64,000 bases of DNA, taken from an uncultured Candidatus Poseidoniales archaeon (GTDB lineage: Archaea > Thermoplasmatota > Poseidoniia > Poseidoniales > CAYMED01). Location of the stretch: positions 1 through 64,000 of the forward strand of contig CAYMED010000014.1 of assembly GCA_964389655.1 (NCBI GenBank), in the 5' to 3' direction. Below, piece after piece: positions 51,758 through 61,201 of this stretch; positions within the stretch are counted from its first letter, which is position 1; each line of letters opens with the position of its first letter. The position numbers were made by a program, and so were the translations under genes. A model generated the notes under the pieces. The model was not told the DNA's origin. It saw nothing but the letters and a program-made list of their open reading frames with translations, and made no database searches.

Positions 51758-52936
51758 TCATTCACCAACAACATATGCCTCTACTGTTTCGGATTTTTCT
51801 ACACCAGACCCTATTTTAGAGCCAACTACTGTAGCAACATTATTTTCTGATGCAATGTCAATAATTCGATTGTTAATTACTCCTTTATACACAATAGCGA
51901 TGATGTTCTCTGATTCATTACAGGCATCTGAAAGTTTTGAAGCGCCAATTGGTTCTGAAACAGAGTCATCCGCTCCAACAAGAACTGCTGACCGTGATGA
52001 CAGAGCAGCATAATGGACACCTAGGTTTTCCATCTCATCGGGGATTGGTATGCCCTTAGATTCTTTTTTGGCCTCTTTTTTGGCGCGCCTCTTTCCTTTG
52101 CCGCCGGATTTAGAATCAAATCGAGAAAGTACTTTTTCGACTGCTTCCTTTTGTGAAAGACATTTCGTAATCGTTTTCATCTGCAAATGCTCAACTTCTT
52201 GTCCTGTTGGAGCAATTGCAACATCATCTACTTTCAGGGCACCATGTAATTCACGGAGAACAAGTTCCCCACCCCGGTCGCCATCAACAAAAACTGTTAC
52301 TTTTGATTTGCTATTTGCCAATTCAACCAATTCATCCTTAACGCCAGCCCCCTCAACAGCTACTGCATTTTTTATTCCGCCTTTAAGGAGATTGATGACA
52401 TCATTTCGTCCCTCGACAATGATGAGGGCATCTGATGATTGGATGTTTGGGCCTGCTGTCATTCCATTCCAGGTCTTGGCCTCATCAACCGTAAGTACTG
52501 ATCGAACTTCTTCGATGACACTTCGGCTCATTTGAGTTGATGATGACATAAGGGCAACGAGTAAGTCTTTTGCGCGGTCAACAACTGCTGATCGCTTTGA
52601 TGCTCGAACGTCAAGAAGTTCTGAAACCCGAATTATGGCGCGGCAAGGCCCAATTCGATCTATTGTTTCTAGAGCTGAGCCAATAATTGCGGTTTCTACA
52701 TTATCCATGCTGCTTGGTATGCTAATCTCACCACTGACTTTTCCTTTATTTGATTCTAGACTGACGTCGACGTGTCCTAATCGTCCCGAGCGCTGTAATA
52801 CTCGAAGATTTAATTCATCACCAAGAAGGCCTTCTGTTTGGCCGAAAATTGCGCCAACCACATCCTTTCTTTGTATTGTTCCGTCCGCTTTTATTGTTGC
52901 CTTAATTAGATATTTCATTGAATTACTATCTGCCAT
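51758..52936 (-). CDS. dnaG: Archaeal DnaG (TOPRIM, exosome-associated type)
   Basis: DVVGAIFGQTEGLLG, ETIDRIGPC, VEGRNDV, DGDRGG; GGTGAG SD before MADSN. Confidence 0.96.
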   Translation of the reverse strand: MADSNSMKYLIKATIKADGTIQRKDVVGAIFGQTEGLLGDELNLRVLQRSGRLGHVDVSLESNKGKVSGEISIPSSMDNVETAIIGSALETIDRIGPCRAIIRVSELLDVRASKRSAVVDRAKDLLVALMSSSTQMSRSVIEEVRSVLTVDEAKTWNGMTAGPNIQSSDALIIVEGRNDVINLLKGGIKNAVAVEGAGVKDELVELANSKSKVTVFVDGDRGGELVLRELHGALKVDDVAIAPTGQEVEHLQMKTITKCLSQKEAVEKVLSRFDSKSGGKGKRRAKKEAKKESKGIPIPDEMENLGVHYAALSSRSAVLVGADDSVSEPIGASKLSDACNESENIIAIVYKGVINNRIIDIASENNVATVVGSKIGSGVEKSETVEAYVVGE

Positions 52937-53083
52937 GGTCTCACCACTTGTTGCTGAATGTCGAATGCGGAAACGAGCCCGATTCAACTGAGAGCGTTAT
53001 AATTTAGCCGAGAGGGGGGGGGTTATTGAACGATCGCTTCACAATATTAGTGGAATCCCTCTATTGATAAGCCACCCACCCAT

Positions 53084-53566
53084 GTGGATATTGTGTCTGC
53101 GCTTGGACGGCTTGAGTTGTTTAAGGGCGCCGTACAAGTTATGCTGAAAGATGGAATACTGAGTAATGATGAAAAGCGACTTATAATCACTTTAGCGGGC
53201 TTGCTAGGCTTGGAAGGGGATGAGCCATTAAAGGCCTACCAATCTATCGTTGAAGGAACGGGATTGGAGCAAGGGAAGGATATCATTGATCAAGATCCAA
53301 AACATGTGTATGAAAGTTTGATCCGAGCAGCATACTTTGATTCTGATCTTTCAAAAGATGAAGTTGCAGTTGTTGGATATCTATATCGGGCACTCAATAT
53401 TACTCAAACGACGCATGAAGAAATTTTTGCCAATTTAAAGGACAAAATTGAAGAAGAAGAAAAGAAAAATTATTCAGGGAAATTTTGGCCAAAAATCACC
53501 TTATCTGAATTTAGTCGAAGAATCACATCTCCTATTTTTGATGTTGTACGCCGGCGCGGAAAGTAA
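53084..53566 (+). CDS. TerB-like helical protein
   Basis: DGILSNDE and DSDLSKDE motifs with TerB-like spacing. Confidence 0.6.
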   Translation: MDIVSALGRLELFKGAVQVMLKDGILSNDEKRLIITLAGLLGLEGDEPLKAYQSIVEGTGLEQGKDIIDQDPKHVYESLIRAAYFDSDLSKDEVAVVGYLYRALNITQTTHEEIFANLKDKIEEEEKKNYSGKFWPKITLSEFSRRITSPIFDVVRRRGK

Positions 53567-53590
53567 AGTGCGCCTTTCGAGTGGAAATGA

Positions 53591-54235
53591 ATGATGGATG
53601 AGTTAGATGATTTTTTGAGAACGCTTCAGAATCGTGATTTAGTAACTACTAAGCGGTTATTGCATAATCTTAAGAGAGTGTACAAGGCCATTGGATCCCC
53701 TCTGATGACACAGCCCTTTAGAGACCAAACAACAATAGAAAAGGGTTGGACATTTAATTATGGGTGTTCCGATGCTGAGTTGAGGAGAGTGGCTAGTTTT
53801 CTATTCACGAAAGGAGAAAGTTTTCCAAAAATTCTGAATAAATTGCATATTAAATTGTGGGTGCGAGGGGGGAGGGAAGATAAAATTCTTGCAGCAATCA
53901 TTTTAGCAAACTCGAAAAGAGACGATGATGATGTTTGGGTTGAAGGAAAAAATCTGATTGGAGAATTGGAAGAAATGGAGACTCTGGCTTTTCTTGCCGA
54001 AGAATTAGTGCGTTCACGAGAGAATATAGTTGTGAGTTCAATATTATCTGACATGTCAGCATACAACAATGCTCAAATTGAATTTGTTATTCACGTAGTA
54101 CATTCTGCGTTTGTGCAAAAAAATGTTGTAATCGATCTGAAATTAGATTGCTCTTTGAGAAATATATCAGAGGTTAGCCGTCGCGCATATCAGCGAGTAC
54201 TGCATGCGTCAAGTAAGGTTGAAGAGAATGAATGA
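53591..54235 (+). CDS. Hypothetical helical protein, weakly AlkD (DNA alkylation repair)-like
   Basis: YG-x4-ELR and LW-x2-GGRE-x-K-x-LA resemble the AlkD-family N-terminus. Confidence 0.45.
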   Translation: MMDELDDFLRTLQNRDLVTTKRLLHNLKRVYKAIGSPLMTQPFRDQTTIEKGWTFNYGCSDAELRRVASFLFTKGESFPKILNKLHIKLWVRGGREDKILAAIILANSKRDDDDVWVEGKNLIGELEEMETLAFLAEELVRSRENIVVSSILSDMSAYNNAQIEFVIHVVHSAFVQKNVVIDLKLDCSLRNISEVSRRAYQRVLHASSKVEENE

Positions 54236-54437
54236 CCGATTTCTTCCAGCGAGCGACCCGGTTGCCGATGATGTTTTTAGTTGGACAATTAAGCGAGATG
54301 CGGAAGATATTCGAACTCTTCTAGAATGGGTTGGCGTTGCAAATACTGCTAGAGAAAGAGCCGCAATTCTATCTCGGGCGCAGGATTTGATGAATGAAAT
54401 TGGAGAAGTATTGAAACTTGCTGATGATGAGCGATGA
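54228..54437 (+). CDS. Small hypothetical helical protein
   Basis: 69 aa ORF overlapping both neighbours; protein-like composition. Confidence 0.6.
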   Translation: MNDRFLPASDPVADDVFSWTIKRDAEDIRTLLEWVGVANTARERAAILSRAQDLMNEIGEVLKLADDER

Positions 54438-55035
54438 TTGGATGAAAGGAACCCTAGCTCTGATCCTAGCGGGAGGAAAAGGGTTGAGGATGGGGCGACC
54501 GAAATACGACGTACAGGTTGCAGGGAAATCTCTTCTTGAATTGGCGATTTCAAAAGTTGAATTAATTGGTGTTAAAAAAATCATAATTCCCGGAGTTAGG
54601 ACAAAAAAACCTTTGCCAGCACATATTGTGACAATAGAAGAAGATGCAAATGAGAAATCAGGTCCTCTACGCGGTTTGATTGCCGCGTCCGCCCACAATT
54701 GGTTTAAAAATGCTGAATGGGTATGGGTTTTACCAGTAGATGCACCACTTGTCCTACAAAGCCAGATACATAGTTTGCTTGAATTAACAACTACAGATGA
54801 CTATGATGTCGTGGTCCCAAGTTGGAAAAATGATGGAGGAAAAATGGATCCAGTATGGATGTGTGTTCGCCCTAAAACACTTGTATCAATTATTGATGGG
54901 AAAGGTCCCTTACAAAATAGGATTTTGGAACATAGGTATGGGTGTGTAATGTGGAATATGCAGAGTGATGGGACATCCCAACTTAATTATCCATCCCAAC
55001 TCCTAAAAGTTCGGAAAGTTCTGCGAAATTCATGA
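54427..55035 (+). CDS. MobA-like NTP transferase
   Basis: ILAGGKG-x-RMG-x-PK, GPL-x-GL, LPVDAP. Confidence 0.85.
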   Translation: MSDDWMKGTLALILAGGKGLRMGRPKYDVQVAGKSLLELAISKVELIGVKKIIIPGVRTKKPLPAHIVTIEEDANEKSGPLRGLIAASAHNWFKNAEWVWVLPVDAPLVLQSQIHSLLELTTTDDYDVVVPSWKNDGGKMDPVWMCVRPKTLVSIIDGKGPLQNRILEHRYGCVMWNMQSDGTSQLNYPSQLLKVRKVLRNS

Positions 55036-55834
55036 TTTTAGGCACGCCCCGAATTGATAGTTGATGGCCATCATCTAAGATTAGATTATTTACAATGGAA
55101 TCTATAACAAATGGATAAAGAAGGTGTTCTAACTTTTTTATTCTAGTTTGTAGAGATTGTTCATTATCGGTTGGGTAAATATCTAGTTTGGCTTGGGCTA
55201 TAATTGGTCCTGTATCCATGCCATGATCCACAAGATGGACTGTACACCCGCTTTCTTTGCTTCCTGAGGCCAAAGCATCACGGTGGGCATGTGCCCCTGG
55301 GAATTTTGGTAACAAACTTGGGTGGATGTTGATTAGGCGCCCCAACCAGCGGTCTACAAAGACAGGAGTCAATAAGCGCATCCAACCTGAAAGCACAATC
55401 AAGTCGGCTCCACAAGATTGCAGAGATGATGTGATTGATAATTCATGATTTATTCTATTGGATATTCTTTGCCTCCAATCCATATCAGTGATCTTCTTTC
55501 CAGCAAAATGAGTGAAATTTGAGAGATTAATTGATTCAAAATCAACGATTTCTGAATTTTTTTCTAATTCTATTATTTTGATTGGAACGCCGAGATTCTT
55601 GGCGCGTTGAATCCCCATTGCATCCTTCCGATCGGAAATAACAAGGACGGTTTGATGTCTGCATCCAGTTTTTTTCTGATGATGCAAAAGGGATTCCATT
55701 CCGCTGCCTGATCCTGAAATCATTATTGCACAACGAAGGAGTTCTGCTGTGATTGGAGGGCGCTCCCCCGGCCAAAGGGAAAGGGGTTCGTTTTCCACAC
55801 GATAACGTAAGGGGGAGGGGATTATCAACGCCAA
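54983..55834 (-). CDS. purN: Phosphoribosylglycinamide formyltransferase
   Basis: ISGSGS, GWMRLL, NIHPSLLP, GCTVH-x-V-x3-MDTGPII. Confidence 0.96.
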   Translation of the reverse strand: MALIIPSPLRYRVENEPLSLWPGERPPITAELLRCAIMISGSGSGMESLLHHQKKTGCRHQTVLVISDRKDAMGIQRAKNLGVPIKIIELEKNSEIVDFESINLSNFTHFAGKKITDMDWRQRISNRINHELSITSSLQSCGADLIVLSGWMRLLTPVFVDRWLGRLINIHPSLLPKFPGAHAHRDALASGSKESGCTVHLVDHGMDTGPIIAQAKLDIYPTDNEQSLQTRIKKLEHLLYPFVIDSIVNNLILDDGHQLSIRGVPKIMNFAELSELLGVGMDN

Positions 55835-55863
55835 CTATCGCGAAGTGTTGTAGAAGGATCTGA

Positions 55864-56343
55864 ATGAACAAGAAGGTCGACGAAATTGTCGAAGAATATT
55901 TTACCGCCTCCAACACGGTTCTCAGAACCATCTATTTTTCTTTAGGTTCCTTATTCACGTGCTTTGCAGTAATTGGGATTTGGGTTCCTGGGTGGCCAAC
56001 TGTTTCATGGGCCGTTCCAGCAGCTTTTTTATTTTCATTTTCAAGTAGGCGCATGTTTGTTTGGACCCTAACAAACCGTTGGTTTGGGCATAAATTGTGT
56101 GATTATTATTCGTCAGGAAAAACATTACCAAAGCATGCCAAAAGTATGATTGCAGGAATGATTGCAATCATGTCTCTCGTCTCTGCCGCAGGGGTTCATG
56201 CCATTTCATACCCAAAAGACCCAGGATATGGCGCAGTATCAATTGTAATCGCCGGCATTATAGGGACCATCTATGTATTATGGCGTGTGCCAACACGTTC
56301 GCGGGAATATGAACATATCATTGCGAAAGTCGACAAGACTTGA
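55864..56343 (+). CDS. DUF454/YbaN family membrane protein
   Basis: IG-x2-VPG-x-PT...F-x2-SS...FG...AK pattern. Confidence 0.85.
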   Translation: MNKKVDEIVEEYFTASNTVLRTIYFSLGSLFTCFAVIGIWVPGWPTVSWAVPAAFLFSFSSRRMFVWTLTNRWFGHKLCDYYSSGKTLPKHAKSMIAGMIAIMSLVSAAGVHAISYPKDPGYGAVSIVIAGIIGTIYVLWRVPTRSREYEHIIAKVDKT

Positions 56344-56384
56344 ATCATATTAGCCGAATGTTGGTTTCTGAAAAAAATTGTGCA

Positions 56385-57977
56385 TCAATGCCTAAATGTC
56401 CGGCGCCCAGTCATTATCATTGCAATACCATGTTCATTTGCTGCTGCAATGACTTCTGCATCTCGGATGGATCCGCCTGGTTGAATGATTGTTGACACGC
56501 CGGATTCTGCGACAGCATCAATTCCATCCCTAAATGGGAAAAACGCATCTGACCACAAAATACCGCCTTTCCCACGTTCCCCTGCCCTTCTTGTAGCAAT
56601 ACGTACGGCCTCGACACGGCTTGTTTGGCCAGGTCCTATTCCCACAGTTGCTGTTCCTTGCGTAATTAATATCGAATTTGATGATACTGCTTGGCTCACG
56701 GCCAAACCAAATGGGATCAATTCCTCCCATCCATTATCGGGAAGAGATTTAGTAACTACTTTCGGAATCAATGGTTTTGGAGGGGGGGTGGTTTGAATGA
56801 GTAATTGCCCTGAAACAATTCGGTGTTCAACTGTGATATTGGGTGAAGATAACAGAGTAGGTGAATTAGGAAAGTCTAGAATCCGTCGTTTTGCTTTTTG
56901 GGATAGAAAGTTAATCGCGTCTCTATCAAAAGATGGGGCAATGATGCATTCAAGAAAATGAGAGCCAATTTCTATTGCGGTTGATATTGTTACTTGGTGG
57001 TTAAACGCAATAATACAACCAAAAGCAGATTCAGGGTCGCTTGCCAATGCGGCATTCCATGCTTCAACCTGTGTTTCAGCAAGAGCAACCCCACAGGGAT
57101 TGTTATGCTTGACAATTACACATGCGTGGGGTTTGCTGGAATTTATCGAAGATATTGAACGGGCAAGGCGCAAAGCCGATTCTAGGTCTAAGTGATTATT
57201 ATATGATAAGGGCGGACCTTGTAAGTGGCGAGAGGAGGCTAGAGATTGGGAATCAATATTTGGTCCATGAGATATGTGATGAACTACTGCTTCTTGATGA
57301 GGGTTTTCACCATATCGAAGAGTTGAGTGGTGCCTTGTAGATATGTGATTGGGACATTCCATAGGTTCTTTATCTGTGAAGGACCACGTTTTAGAAGAGA
57401 TCAATGCGTCATATTCACAAGTTAAATTAAAGGCTTCCGCGGCTAATTTGAGACGGGTTTGTTTAGAAATAGATATTTTTTCCACATCAGAGTTTTTTAA
57501 TTCAGAAAGAATCGTATCGTATTGAGATGGGTTTGTAATTACAATTACTGAATCCGAATTTTTTGCTGAAGCACGAATCATTGTTGGGCCGCCGATATCA
57601 ATCAAATCAGTAGCTGATTCCCAAGAATTACTCGACATCCCTTTTGATTTAAATGGGTAGAGATTGATCACAACCATGTCAATTGGGTCAATCCCTTGTT
57701 CTGCAATTTCCTTGAGGTCATTTGGATGATCGCGTCGGGCAAGAAGAGCTGCGTGGATTGAAGGGTGGAGGGTTTTTACACGCCCATCGAGAAGAGGAGG
57801 GTATCCTGTTATGTCTGATACATCAATCACGTTGATGTCATTTTCTCTCAATTTTTCAGCAGTACCGCCCGTTGAGAGAATACGCCATCCCAATTCAGTA
57901 ATTGTACGTGCAAATTCAACAATACCTGTTTTGTCACTGACGCTGATGAGGGCTATTGGATGGGAAGATGTTGGCAC
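56385..57977 (-). CDS. purH: Bifunctional AICAR formyltransferase/IMP cyclohydrolase
   Basis: ALISVSDK, GRVKTLHP, IDIGGP, LRYGENPHQ, KHNNPCG, SDAFFPF, QPGGS. Confidence 0.97.
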   Translation of the reverse strand: MPTSSHPIALISVSDKTGIVEFARTITELGWRILSTGGTAEKLRENDINVIDVSDITGYPPLLDGRVKTLHPSIHAALLARRDHPNDLKEIAEQGIDPIDMVVINLYPFKSKGMSSNSWESATDLIDIGGPTMIRASAKNSDSVIVITNPSQYDTILSELKNSDVEKISISKQTRLKLAAEAFNLTCEYDALISSKTWSFTDKEPMECPNHISTRHHSTLRYGENPHQEAVVHHISHGPNIDSQSLASSRHLQGPPLSYNNHLDLESALRLARSISSINSSKPHACVIVKHNNPCGVALAETQVEAWNAALASDPESAFGCIIAFNHQVTISTAIEIGSHFLECIIAPSFDRDAINFLSQKAKRRILDFPNSPTLLSSPNITVEHRIVSGQLLIQTTPPPKPLIPKVVTKSLPDNGWEELIPFGLAVSQAVSSNSILITQGTATVGIGPGQTSRVEAVRIATRRAGERGKGGILWSDAFFPFRDGIDAVAESGVSTIIQPGGSIRDAEVIAAANEHGIAMIMTGRRTFRH

Positions 57978-57978
57978 T

Positions 57979-59598
57979 TTAGCTCACCATCTCTTTGCGT
58001 GAACTAACCACCTGATCTACGCGAAGAAGGGTTGTGGAAAGATCAAGGGCGCATTCAAGTGCACATTCTATTGATGCTGCTGGAATCAATGCATTTTCAA
58101 TCAATTGGATTGTTCCGTCTCTACTCACCCCTGCCGAACCCGGAACCTCATGGTTTTTTTGACGAAGTTGTAGTAAACCATCAATCACGTTTGACCCGGC
58201 ATTTTGGAGCAAAATCCGGGGTATGCATTCCAAAGACCTAGCAAAACCCTCGTATAATTTGCTTTTTTCATGGTTAGAGGTACGTCCTACTTTTCGTACA
58301 GCAGATGCAGCTACGGACCATCCAGTTCCGCCGCCCGCCACAACACGCTGATCAGAGAGAGAAATTTCAAGCGCCCTAAGTGCATCGAAAATAGACCGAA
58401 TGGTTTCTTCAAGAGGGGCATTACCAAGTCCAGAAACTGCAATTGTAATGACTTTTGAGAAAGAACATTCTTCAATCCATATTCTCTCAAAAACATCGCC
58501 ATTATCCCTCTCAATTCTCTCTATCGATATTTTTCCAGCAAGACCAATGTCTTCTGTTGAGATATTTGATATTGATTCACAGGGGCGGGCTCCAGTAGCT
58601 TTCGAAGCATTCAGGATATCATTGGAACTTAAATCTGAATAAACAATGCATCCTTGGTCATACAAGCGATAGAGAAAATGGTTATCTACAGTTCCTGAAC
58701 ACAGAATGATATCCGATTCACAATTGATAATGAATTCCACAAGTGATTCTAAATGATCTTTTTCTGCCTCAATCATATTCTGCAATTCAGTTGCCGATTT
58801 AACTTCAATCTCGAGGTCGCGACTTCTTGTTGCTGCTGCTGTAAGGTCTGCAGTAATTAACAATACTTTAGCATCCTCAATCTCCAAAGGACCCCTAACC
58901 AATGGTCTCCTTTTTTCGATGGAACAGCCTTGAATTACCCGGGTTTGAGAAAGGTTAGATGACAACACCTTCGCCATTTGAATTTCTTCAGCTCGTTGAT
59001 ATCCGACTGGAAGTAAATCCATTGCTCGTACAGCAACTTCTGCTAAGGTTTCAATTGCCCCTTCTACTGAAGAACCACTGAGGGATGTTTGGGCGATATG
59101 AATTAAGTCCTGCTTTTTCAAAGGACGTGCAAGTTCTAGAATCGAAGACTTGGCAATTTCATATGCCTCTTTCCAAGCATCAATCAGGATTAGTGGATGA
59201 ATATGGTTCTCGAGTAATTCGTTTGCTTCAATAATATATGAACATGCAAGCAAGACTGCACTAGAAACTCCATCTCCAATTTCAGATTCTTGGGCGCGTG
59301 CGAGTTCTACTATCTGTTTCGCTGCTGGGTGTCGAACCATCATTTCAGTTGTTACTTTGGCCCCGTCTCTCGTAAGGGAAATATCTCCATTGGGGGAATA
59401 AAGTATCTTATCAAGGCCGTGTGGGCCAAATGTGGGATGAATAATCTCATGAAAAGAAACGGCAGCATTTAGAATTCTACGGCGAACCTCCTCAGAGGAT
59501 AATACAACTACAGAACTCCGATGAATGCTATTTGGAGGCTGTGGGCCTCCTTCAACCATGCCTCCCGCACGGGTAGGCGTTTCATGAAGGCTCTCCAT
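57979..59598 (-). CDS. Divergent group II chaperonin (thermosome-like) subunit
   Basis: TFGPHGLDK, HPAA, GDGVSS, RS-x2-DAL, AGGG, IP-x2-L-x2-NAG, LLRVD. Confidence 0.88.
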   Translation of the reverse strand: MESLHETPTRAGGMVEGGPQPPNSIHRSSVVVLSSEEVRRRILNAAVSFHEIIHPTFGPHGLDKILYSPNGDISLTRDGAKVTTEMMVRHPAAKQIVELARAQESEIGDGVSSAVLLACSYIIEANELLENHIHPLILIDAWKEAYEIAKSSILELARPLKKQDLIHIAQTSLSGSSVEGAIETLAEVAVRAMDLLPVGYQRAEEIQMAKVLSSNLSQTRVIQGCSIEKRRPLVRGPLEIEDAKVLLITADLTAAATRSRDLEIEVKSATELQNMIEAEKDHLESLVEFIINCESDIILCSGTVDNHFLYRLYDQGCIVYSDLSSNDILNASKATGARPCESISNISTEDIGLAGKISIERIERDNGDVFERIWIEECSFSKVITIAVSGLGNAPLEETIRSIFDALRALEISLSDQRVVAGGGTGWSVAASAVRKVGRTSNHEKSKLYEGFARSLECIPRILLQNAGSNVIDGLLQLRQKNHEVPGSAGVSRDGTIQLIENALIPAASIECALECALDLSTTLLRVDQVVSSRKEMVS

Positions 59599-59650
59599 TG
59601 AAGGGCTCTTGATTCCGGCCTATTTTTCAGTCGCACCCCTTTCATCTGCT

Positions 59651-60742
59651 ATGGCACAACGCGGGCGATCCACTTCAAAGAGGCGGGCGGGGCCTGCAAA
59701 GAGAGGAGGGGGGAAAAGACGGTTGGTTGATCCGACAATTGACGTTTTTGAAGATACTAAAATATCTTTTCTGACCAAGTTTAGGGCATTAATTGGCTTA
59801 TTCATTATTTCATTAGTGATATTGGGAATTATGGCTTCTTCAGTTATTTTATGGTCTAAACCGAGCATGGATGGGGTATTTACCAGCGCCAGTCTTGATG
59901 AGATTTGGTATATCGACCAGAGTGGAAATATAAGAGAAGGATTTGCTGTTGGGGAACATTACTGTGCCAGCATAAATGGGGCGATATGGGATGAAGATGA
60001 GGGGTGTAAAAGTACATTTGTCATCGGACATATCGAAGGTGAAGGATTTGTAACTGGGGCAAACTCAATTTGTCTTGAAGATATGTCAACTTGTTTACCT
60101 GCTCAATTTACTTCTGATGGTGGATTATATGTCCAGAAAAATGACGGAGTGTGTCTCTTTTTGGCGAGGAATATAGCATTACCTAGGGTAGTATATGGGG
60201 GGGATGCTGCATCGTTTGAGGCATCTATTGAAGGAGCCTACAAAACATCTTGGAACACAAGAGTAGAACCAAATTCCATCCCATCTTGGCTGGGAGGGCA
60301 CACAAGACCTGATTGGTGTTCAATTCCTGTTGAATCGGGGCAAATAGATGCCGCGAAGGGTGCTTGGGTCCGAATAGGGGATAATAACACACTCAACCAT
60401 GTTGCATTCGGGCGATTGACTATGAAAAATACAACTGGACAAAACTTTTCTGTTTGTTCAAAGCCACAATATATGGACCGAACCTGGTCGAATTTACACA
60501 AGGGATGTGTATTATCTGGGTTTGACAGCCAGCACATCGATGTTGCGAGAAAGATATATTGTGATCATATTGGTTGTTCTCAAATTATTGCTAATGCCGA
60601 AGCTTTTGTGATTGTCGGAATAAGCACGTGCGACGTTCTAGTTCGGCCCACCAGCATTGAAAGTATCTCAAATGAGTCATCAATAGAAAAAAGACGTAAT
60701 GAGATTATGGAAAATCAAGAGATCAAAAGCGCGTGTCAATGA
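59651..60742 (+). CDS. Membrane-anchored Cys-rich protein with two 6-Cys repeats
   Basis: Basic N-terminal tail, one TM, 12 Cys in two similarly spaced sets. Confidence 0.7.
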   Translation: MAQRGRSTSKRRAGPAKRGGGKRRLVDPTIDVFEDTKISFLTKFRALIGLFIISLVILGIMASSVILWSKPSMDGVFTSASLDEIWYIDQSGNIREGFAVGEHYCASINGAIWDEDEGCKSTFVIGHIEGEGFVTGANSICLEDMSTCLPAQFTSDGGLYVQKNDGVCLFLARNIALPRVVYGGDAASFEASIEGAYKTSWNTRVEPNSIPSWLGGHTRPDWCSIPVESGQIDAAKGAWVRIGDNNTLNHVAFGRLTMKNTTGQNFSVCSKPQYMDRTWSNLHKGCVLSGFDSQHIDVARKIYCDHIGCSQIIANAEAFVIVGISTCDVLVRPTSIESISNESSIEKRRNEIMENQEIKSACQ

Positions 60743-61117
60743 CTACGCTGTCCTTAAACCGCTTCCCCGGTTGGGTTCAAGACTGGAGTGAAGGGAATAA
60801 ATCACGTACGTTGAAAGTACCGAAATCATGATCGATATTGGAAATGGCCAGTTCATGAACAATGAATAAATTGGGACTTGAACAATAATTAAAAGACCAA
60901 AAAATAGCATGGAAATGATATTTCCAGTAGATGTGTCAAGGGCATCTACAAGCCTAAACCGGTAAGTTACAATAATTAACCAACAAAGAAGAATGGATAA
61001 TGATGTTACAACTAACCAAGTAACTGATAGAAGGAAACTGGAGATTGTAATAACACATAAAATTGTAATACAGATAAAATGAATGAAACTCTCCCGATCA
61101 ACTGCCGGCTCAGACAC
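60743..61117 (-). CDS. Small four-TM membrane protein
   Basis: Hydrophobic 124 aa ORF from GTG 61117; the longer track ORF would overlap the glycosyltransferase. Confidence 0.6.
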   Translation of the reverse strand: MSEPAVDRESFIHFICITILCVITISSFLLSVTWLVVTSLSILLCWLIIVTYRFRLVDALDTSTGNIISMLFFGLLIIVQVPIYSLFMNWPFPISIMISVLSTYVIYSLHSSLEPNRGSGLRTA

Positions 61118-61201
61118 ATTACTAGCGACTGGCTTTTTCCTCTTCAATTCGATCCACAAAATCAAGACGATATGTGCTAGTGGCTGTTTAGAGGAAGAAC
61201 C

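Noticed and set aside
54983-55035. 53-nt convergent overlap of the mobA-like gene and purN
   Set aside because: Tail-to-tail overlap of non-conserved C-termini is ordinary in compact genomes
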